From the NCBI GenBank assembly GCA_045863235.1, contig BTUM01000002.1:128001-192000 (forward strand): a DNA stretch of 64,000 nt. Direction: 5' to 3'. Positions within the stretch are counted from its first letter, which is position 1. The number at the start of each line of letters is the position of its first letter. The notes under the pieces were generated by a model. The model saw only the letters and a program-made list of their open reading frames with translations, did no database searches and was not told the origin of the DNA. Both the position numbers and the translations under genes were made by a program. Source of the stretch: Candidatus Xenobia bacterium. GTDB taxonomy: Bacteria; Vulcanimicrobiota; Xenobia; Xenobiales; QWHO01. Of this stretch, positions 57,859 through 64,000 are shown in pieces.

Positions 57859-58647
57859 ATGAGCGAGAACTTTTTCTTGGACGGCATGAAACTCAACGTG
57901 GAGCGATCCGGTCCACCTGATGGACATCCAGTGCTTTTGTTGCACGGAAACGGGGCCTCCTGGAATGCCTGGGCCCTGAACCTCAATCACCTCGGACCCG
58001 ACTGGCTTGCCCTCGCGCCCGATCTCCCAGGCTTCGGCGAGAGTGATGCGCCCGATCGCTTCTATTCCATTCCCGATTTTGCCCGATTGCTCTGGAAACT
58101 GGTGGAGGGAAAGCGGCCGGTGCTGGTGGGAAACTCGCTGGGCTCATTGATCGCTTTCGAAATGGCAGCCCAGGGGGAGGCAGCCGGCCTGATGCTGGTG
58201 GCCGCCCCGGCCTGTGTTCCCGACGAGATGGATCCTCAGTTAGCCCGACTGATCACCTGGTTCGATCCGGCTGGCGTTCCCCAGATTCCCAACCTGGATG
58301 AGTTGAGCCGGGTCACGATCAACGCCGATGAGCGGGTCCTGGCCCTGGCCAACGCCAACATGACCAGGGCGCGCGGCTTCCTGCCAGCGCTGCCGGCCAT
58401 CTGGAACTATCGCTGGGAGAGCCGAGCCAGCCAGATCCGCTGCCCGGTCTGCCTGGTCTGGGGCGAGCAGGACGGTCTGGTCTCTCGAAGTCACCTGGAG
58501 CGCTGGCAAAAGGCGATCCCGCAGGCTCAGACGGTAACCCTGGCCAGGGCGGCCCATGGCCCCCAGTTCGATGACCCCGAGGGGTTCAATCAGGCCCTGC
58601 TGGCTTTCCTCAGCGAGGTGCGCCTTGCAGGTCGCGCAGGTGGTTGA
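57859..58647 (+). CDS. alpha/beta hydrolase
   Basis: LLHG, DLPGFG, GNSLG nucleophile elbow, WGEQD, AAH. Confidence 0.92.
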   Translation: MSENFFLDGMKLNVERSGPPDGHPVLLLHGNGASWNAWALNLNHLGPDWLALAPDLPGFGESDAPDRFYSIPDFARLLWKLVEGKRPVLVGNSLGSLIAFEMAAQGEAAGLMLVAAPACVPDEMDPQLARLITWFDPAGVPQIPNLDELSRVTINADERVLALANANMTRARGFLPALPAIWNYRWESRASQIRCPVCLVWGEQDGLVSRSHLERWQKAIPQAQTVTLARAAHGPQFDDPEGFNQALLAFLSEVRLAGRAGG

Positions 58648-59872
58648 CGATGTCCCAGATGTCCCGAGCCGTCAGCTTGGTCACAAAGGGTGGCATGGCA
58701 TTCTTGCCCAGCGCGATGTAGAGATAGAGATAGCCGTCGGTGAACTGGGGCTGGGAGTAGATCTGGCCGTTGCCGATGGCCGGCGGAGGAACCTGGGTCA
58801 GCTCGCCCACCGGACCCGGGCTCGTTCCGTTGGCCCCGTGACAGAATGAGCAATTGTTCTGATAGAGAACCTTGCCACGCTCGCCAGACTCGGGAGAGCG
58901 GGGAACCGGCCCGGTCCTGGTGCCCATGAGCTCGTTGAGCTCGACGCGATAGCGACGATCCACGACATCCTCAGAATCCTTGCCGGCGGTCAAGAACTCC
59001 GGCTTGCCCAGGGAGGCGCTGCTCATCACCAGGGCCTTGATCTGCAGCCAGGCCGGCATCTGGGTGCGAAAGTCGCTCAACTTCTGGGCGTAGTCTGCAG
59101 CGGTGGGATCGAGCCCACGGAGAGCCGTCAGGGCGTCCGTCATCGTGTTGCGGGGGTCGCCCGGGGTCAGGTTCTGGAAGACGGCCGGAGCAAGAGTTGC
59201 ATCTCCCACCGGCATGACCAGACTCAGGTCGGCTGGAGCCACTTCGCCCAGCTCGGCATTGGGATTGGTGTAAGGCTTGAGCGTCTCACCCGGCTTGTTG
59301 ACGACTTGCGCACGCATGTTGTAGGGCCAGGTGCCGCAACCGGTGCTGACGAGGCCCAGACCGACCAGCAACAGGTAGGTGACCACCGAACGTGCGCCAC
59401 GGTTCTGGAGCAGGGTGTGGGCCCGGTCGGCCGACTTGCCGTCAACCACGACCACGACATGCCCGTGGGCTACCGGCAGGTCCTCCTCGAGCGGCGGCAC
59501 CAGCTTGCGGAAGTGGCGCGTTTCCCATAAGAACATGAAGGTGGTGGTCAAAATCGCCGTGATCATGCCCATCTCATACATCAAGAGGGCGTTGATCGGC
59601 ACCGCCACGATAGGGTGACCGTCGGTGCGCAATTTCCAGTCGAGCTGGGTGTACGCGATGAACGAGAAACCGAGGATGATGGCGGTACCCCACATGATGC
59701 GCACCGCGGTGCGCATGTGGAAGGGTCGCTCGCGATGCGGCGGGATGGGAGCCTCAGGCAGCGGGTAGGGCGAGCGGATCTCGATGTCCTCAGGGTCGAG
59801 GTTCTCGTCGATCAGCAGGCGGTGGGCCGCCAGGGCATCTTCACAGTGTTCGAACTCAGCTGCAACTCGCAT
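58610..59872 (-). CDS. Alternative Complex III ActD-ActE fusion (membrane domain + monoheme cytochrome c)
   Basis: RSPYP and YEMG (ActD-like) at the N-terminus, internal lipobox LVSTGC, C-terminal CSFCH with a distal MP. Confidence 0.75.
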   Translation of the reverse strand: MRVAAEFEHCEDALAAHRLLIDENLDPEDIEIRSPYPLPEAPIPPHRERPFHMRTAVRIMWGTAIILGFSFIAYTQLDWKLRTDGHPIVAVPINALLMYEMGMITAILTTTFMFLWETRHFRKLVPPLEEDLPVAHGHVVVVVDGKSADRAHTLLQNRGARSVVTYLLLVGLGLVSTGCGTWPYNMRAQVVNKPGETLKPYTNPNAELGEVAPADLSLVMPVGDATLAPAVFQNLTPGDPRNTMTDALTALRGLDPTAADYAQKLSDFRTQMPAWLQIKALVMSSASLGKPEFLTAGKDSEDVVDRRYRVELNELMGTRTGPVPRSPESGERGKVLYQNNCSFCHGANGTSPGPVGELTQVPPPAIGNGQIYSQPQFTDGYLYLYIALGKNAMPPFVTKLTARDIWDIVNHLRDLQGAPR

Positions 59873-59885
59873 ACTCTGTCACCCG

Positions 59886-61310
59886 TCACTCACCGGATTG
59901 GAAGTAGTTGACTTTGACGCCCGCCACCTCGCGCTCGATCTGGCGGACCCTGGTTTCGGCGACCTCCCAGAACGGGAGAATCGGGAAGATGCGGCAGAAC
60001 ACGCACAGTCCGCCGATCACCCAGCCAAACGAGCCCACCACGATGCTCAGCTCAGTCAAGCTGGGCGAGTAGTGAGTCGTGGCTCCGTTGAGGTGGTTGT
60101 AGATCTCCTGGCCGGGGATGAAGATCACGACGCGCTCGATATACATGCAGATGTTGACCACGATGGACAGCACGAACATCGGCAGGCGGCTGCGCCGGAA
60201 GGACTTGGAGGCCAGGCAGAAGAGCGGCATCACGAAGTTGCCCACGATGAGGAACCACCAGGCCGGAGCATAGGCTCCGAAGGCGTTGTACCACATGTAG
60301 TCCATCTTCTCGGGCTCGTGGGTGTAGTAGGCCGGCAAAAAGTCGTTCCAGAACAGATAGGCCCAGGCCAGCCCCAGCACCAGCCAGACGCGCCCGAGCA
60401 TGTCGTAGTGCACCGAGGTGATCAGCTTCTGGTAGGGTTTATAGGTCCAGTAGAGGATGGTCAGCATCGTAATCACCGCGGCCACCCCCGAGTAGAGGGC
60501 GCCCACGAAGAAGAGCGGACCGAAGACCTCCGAGTGCCAGCCCGGCACGACCTCCATCGCGAAGTCCCAGCTCACGATGGTGTGCACCGAGATCACGACC
60601 GGCAAGATGACGACGCTGTAGAGAGCGGCGGCCTCCTTGACGCGCTTCCACTCCTCGGCGGTGCCGCGCCAACCCCAGCTCAGCAGCGTGTAGAGCGTGC
60701 GCATCCATCCCTTCATGCGCGGCCGGGCGATGCCCAGGTCGGGAATCATGGTCACGTAGAGGAAGAGAACCGACCCCGTCAGGTAGGTGGAGATGGCGAA
60801 CACGTCCCACATCAGCATACTCTTGAAGTTAGGCCACAAGAGACGCGAGTTGGGGTAGGGCAGCATGTAGTAGAAGACTTCGAAGCGACCCAGGTGGATG
60901 AGCGGGAACGAGCCAGCCGCCGGCAGGGTGAAGAGGGTAATCACCTCGGCCACCCGGGTCACGACGCCCTTCCATTCCGCTCCGCAAAGTCTCAAGAGGG
61001 CCGAGATGAGCGCGCCGGCGTGGGCCACGCCGATCCAGAAGACGAACGTAATGATGTAATAGCCCCAGAAGACGGGCAGGTGCAGGCCGGTCTTCCCAAA
61101 ACCCACGAAGTTCTGCTCGAGCCACTTGAAGAAGGCCCAGCCGATCAGGCAGAGGCTGATGGCGATGACGACGTTCGACTTCCAGCCCTGTTTGCCAACC
61201 GGTTCGAAACAGGCATCGTAGATGTCGGGCACCGACATGTCGGGTGCCACGAAATTATAGTTGATGTGATGCGAATGGGCTTTCTGGTGCCCACCAACTG
61301 CCTCGGTCAT
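59886..61310 (-). CDS. actC: NrfD/PsrC-family quinol-interacting membrane subunit (ActC)
   Basis: WGYYIITFVFWIGVAHAG, HLGR, WPNFKS...WD, SVHTIVSWDF, GWHS. Confidence 0.93.
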   Translation of the reverse strand: MTEAVGGHQKAHSHHINYNFVAPDMSVPDIYDACFEPVGKQGWKSNVVIAISLCLIGWAFFKWLEQNFVGFGKTGLHLPVFWGYYIITFVFWIGVAHAGALISALLRLCGAEWKGVVTRVAEVITLFTLPAAGSFPLIHLGRFEVFYYMLPYPNSRLLWPNFKSMLMWDVFAISTYLTGSVLFLYVTMIPDLGIARPRMKGWMRTLYTLLSWGWRGTAEEWKRVKEAAALYSVVILPVVISVHTIVSWDFAMEVVPGWHSEVFGPLFFVGALYSGVAAVITMLTILYWTYKPYQKLITSVHYDMLGRVWLVLGLAWAYLFWNDFLPAYYTHEPEKMDYMWYNAFGAYAPAWWFLIVGNFVMPLFCLASKSFRRSRLPMFVLSIVVNICMYIERVVIFIPGQEIYNHLNGATTHYSPSLTELSIVVGSFGWVIGGLCVFCRIFPILPFWEVAETRVRQIEREVAGVKVNYFQSGE

Positions 61311-61337
61311 GCGGCCTCCACGGTGTTACAGGCGGTT

Positions 61338-62186
61338 CTACAGAGCATCGGGCACCCTCTGAGGTCGAAGATAGATGACGTGCGGTTTGGTATCAAACAA
61401 CTCGTCGAGCACCTTGTAGGAACGGGATGCGTTCTCGTGCAGCACGACGTTCACCGCCGAGTGCGGGTCGTTCATGTCGCCAAAGGTGATGGCTGAGGTG
61501 GGGCAGGCCTGCGCGCAGGCCGAACGCAGCTCGCCGTCCTGCACCGGATTCCCGGCCACCTTGGCGTCGAGAAAACTGCGCCGGATGCGCTGCACGCAGA
61601 AGGTGCACTTCTCCATCACGCCCTCGCTGCGCACGCTCACGTCCGGGTTGAGCATCTGCTCCATGGGGGCGTCCCACTTGGGCGTGAAAAAGTTGAAGAT
61701 TCGCACGCGATAAGGGCAGTTGTTGGCGCACACGCGGGTTCCCACGCAACGGTTGTAGACCTGCGCGTTCAGGCCGTCATTGGTGTGCACGGCCGCAAAC
61801 ACCGGGCAAACCGATTCGCAGGGGGCGGTGCCGCACTGCTGGCACAACATCGGCACGAAGGTCGCTACCACGTTGGGGTAACCGTCGCCCGAGTAAGCGT
61901 CCTGCTGGATGTGCTTCTCGGTCTCTTCCTGATCGCTGGCCAAGCGGCCCGTGCTGGTCTTGTGGTGGAACTCATCTTGCCAGAAGCGGTCCACCCGCAT
62001 CCAGTCCATCAGACGACCCATGGCGATCTGGTCGGCCCCGATGGTTTGAATGTTGTTCTCGGCCCGGCAGGCGATCACGCAGGCTTTGCAGCCTGTGCAT
62101 CGGTCGGTGTCGATCACCATGCCCCACTGGTAGGTGCCGACGGTCTGGATGCTCGTTTGCAGGGTATTTTTGGGTTCCTCGGCCAT
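61338..62186 (-). CDS. 4Fe-4S ferredoxin subunit (ActB2/QrcC-like)
   Basis: CTGCKAC...C, CQQC...PCESVCP, RCVGTRVCANNCPY, MEKCTFC, CAQACP. Confidence 0.93.
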   Translation of the reverse strand: MAEEPKNTLQTSIQTVGTYQWGMVIDTDRCTGCKACVIACRAENNIQTIGADQIAMGRLMDWMRVDRFWQDEFHHKTSTGRLASDQEETEKHIQQDAYSGDGYPNVVATFVPMLCQQCGTAPCESVCPVFAAVHTNDGLNAQVYNRCVGTRVCANNCPYRVRIFNFFTPKWDAPMEQMLNPDVSVRSEGVMEKCTFCVQRIRRSFLDAKVAGNPVQDGELRSACAQACPTSAITFGDMNDPHSAVNVVLHENASRSYKVLDELFDTKPHVIYLRPQRVPDAL

Positions 62187-62195
62187 CGATTCTCC

Positions 62196-64000
62196 TCAGT
62201 GCGGCAGAGTAGCCTTCTCGAGACCCATGATCCGGCGGTCAAAGGTCGCGATGAACTGGCTCTTCTTGGTATTGGTCACGGTCACCTGAGTGGAAGCCCA
62301 GGGATTGGCGGGAGTGCCGAGCAAAGCCGACATCGGGTTCATCGGCTTCACGACGTCGTCGGTATAGCGGCCATAGGCGCCCTCGGCGTGGCCGTTGCCG
62401 GCCGGAATCGCGATAGCGTCGACATGCACAGCCTGAGTGGGGAAAGCCGGACCGACCAGCTTGGCGCCCCCCTCACCGGTGATCTCGAGCAGGTCGCCTC
62501 GCTTCACCTTCAGGCTCTGGCCCAGCTCCCCGAAGGGGTTGATCTCGATCCAGCTGGCCCAGGCCACCGTGGTGAGAGGGTCAGGCAACTCCTGCATCCA
62601 GGGGACGTTTGCCCGCTGGCCATCGCCGAAGTTCACGGAGGAGCTGGCGATCAGCGTGGCTTTGCCCTGGGCCCGCGGATTGGGCTCGCTGAGGGCGCCC
62701 GCGGCGGCCGCCTCCAGACGACCCCAGGCGCTGACGCCAGAGGGCACCTCGCCGCCCGGGCTCTTCGCCGGAGACGGAGGCATGGCCACCTCGTGGTGGT
62801 AGCGGTCAAAGCTGGTATTGGCTTTGGACCACAGCCCTCCCCGGGCCACGGCGGCGTCAAAACGCGTGCCCAGAACCTGGGCCAGGACGTCACGGAAGGT
62901 CAGGGCGCGAGCGGGAATGGGTAGCTTGATTCCGGCCGCCCGAGCCGAGGTGATGAGCGCATCGCAGACCGAGCGCGTGTCCGAACGCGGCTTCACGACC
63001 GGCTGGCTGAGGTTGTAGACCTGACCGAAGGGAGCGTCCACCAGGCAGTCGCCCCACTCCTCCATCCAGTTGCGGCTGGGAAGGGTCACGTCGCACAGCG
63101 CGGTGGTCTCGTTGGCAAAGCACGAGAAGGCGATCTTGGTCTTGACGTTCTTGAGCTTTTCGGCAAACTTCAGGCTCGCGGGCAGCATGTAGACAGGGTT
63201 GCAGTCGAACACCCAGACGCTGCTCCAGCTCCCCTGGTCGAAGCCCTCCAGAGCCTCGCGGGTGGACAACACCACGCCCGGATCGGGCTGCATCTCTCCC
63301 AGCGTGGGCAAGAGATCGGTCTCGCAGGTGGCGATGGTGCCCGAAACCAGCTTGCTCAATGAGTGCATGGCGGCCAGGCTGGCTGCATCGAAGGAGTTGT
63401 CGGGACCCGCGATGACCAGGGGCTTGCGCGCCCCGGCCAGACGCTTGGCCAGCCGCTCGATCAGGTCCTTGGGGCAACCGCTCAGCTCACTGGCCTTCTC
63501 AGCGGTGGCATTGGCGTAAATCGATGGCCAACCGGAGCGGCTGGCCCCGATCAGATTGCCCAAGGCGGCCGCCACCCAGCCTTCGCTCCCCGGTCGCACC
63601 GGGAGCCACCGGTCGGCGTTGGAGCAGCTGAGGTTCATGCGCGAGGAGACGGAAACCATCACCCCGCGGTTGCGATTCAGCCCCTGCCGGAACTGACCGT
63701 AGAGGTGGCTGTAGTGGATGGCCAGCGGGCCCTCGACCAGGAAGTCGCGGCCAAAGTTGACCACGTAGTCGGCCTGGTCGAGCGGGTAGTAAGGCAGCTC
63801 GGCCTTACCGGTCAGCGTCTTGATGACGCCCCGCTCGGTCTCGCTGGAGGGGAATTGAAGCACCCAGACCCGGGCACCGATGGCCTTGGCCACGGCCAGA
63901 ATCAGCGTGCCGCGCGAGCCCTGGAGACGATCCACGATGAACAACCCGCCGTTGCCGCCGGTCAGAGCGGCCTTGAGCGGGTCCTGGGCCACATCCCAGG
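62196..64000 (-). CDS. molybdopterin-oxidoreductase-fold subunit (ActB1/QrcB-like), 5'-truncated by the window edge
   Basis: NADRWLPVRPGSE, NET...CDVTLP...EEWGD, ANVPWMQELPDP...WIEINP; frame open to base 64000. Confidence 0.88.
   Translation of the reverse strand, partial: WDVAQDPLKAALTGGNGGLFIVDRLQGSRGTLILAVAKAIGARVWVLQFPSSETERGVIKTLTGKAELPYYPLDQADYVVNFGRDFLVEGPLAIHYSHLYGQFRQGLNRNRGVMVSVSSRMNLSCSNADRWLPVRPGSEGWVAAALGNLIGASRSGWPSIYANATAEKASELSGCPKDLIERLAKRLAGARKPLVIAGPDNSFDAASLAAMHSLSKLVSGTIATCETDLLPTLGEMQPDPGVVLSTREALEGFDQGSWSSVWVFDCNPVYMLPASLKFAEKLKNVKTKIAFSCFANETTALCDVTLPSRNWMEEWGDCLVDAPFGQVYNLSQPVVKPRSDTRSVCDALITSARAAGIKLPIPARALTFRDVLAQVLGTRFDAAVARGGLWSKANTSFDRYHHEVAMPPSPAKSPGGEVPSGVSAWGRLEAAAAGALSEPNPRAQGKATLIASSSVNFGDGQRANVPWMQELPDPLTTVAWASWIEINPFGELGQSLKVKRGDLLEITGEGGAKLVGPAFPTQAVHVDAIAIPAGNGHAEGAYGRYTDDVVKPMNPMSALLGTPANPWASTQVTVTNTKKSQFIATFDRRIMGLEKATLPH

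Overview
GC-rich (about two-thirds G+C by eye) bacterial chromosomal segment, mostly core and accessory housekeeping genes, with no integrase, transposase, phage genes or CRISPR array seen. It contains a Lon-like/Clp-like degenerate pair, pta, tRNA-Asn, a type IV pilus/T2SS-like locus with three tandem GspF/PilC paralogues, phoD, glnS, accC, four Hanks-type Ser/Thr kinases plus a pseudokinase-PP2C fusion, tmRNA/smpB, an M32 carboxypeptidase, DAHP synthase, a Rho with a large repeat insertion, ABC transporters, mpg/polX, two diguanylate cyclases and the 3' part of an Alternative Complex III-like operon. Four signals not explained by the gene list stand out. (1) A recurrent AGGN-N17/18-(G/A)AAN motif, matching the sigma-H consensus, lies 8-12 nt before the start codon of about 15 genes that lack a Shine-Dalgarno sequence, which suggests a leaderless alternative-sigma regulon that includes glnS, accC and pta. 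(2) Two unannotated structured non-coding regions: about 21851-22058, which also carries two LexA-type boxes, and about 57601-57825, an ECF-promoter-driven switch-like leader of a 73-aa Cys4 protein. (3) Two genes that appear to need non-canonical start codons (ACG, CTG). (4) A C-terminal 'VV(L/V)GGV(T/R)V(R/P)R(R/K)' tail shared by two unrelated proteins. The gene style is reminiscent of Eremiobacterota/Vulcanimicrobiota, but that taxonomy is only an impression. All calls were made by eye, without database searches.
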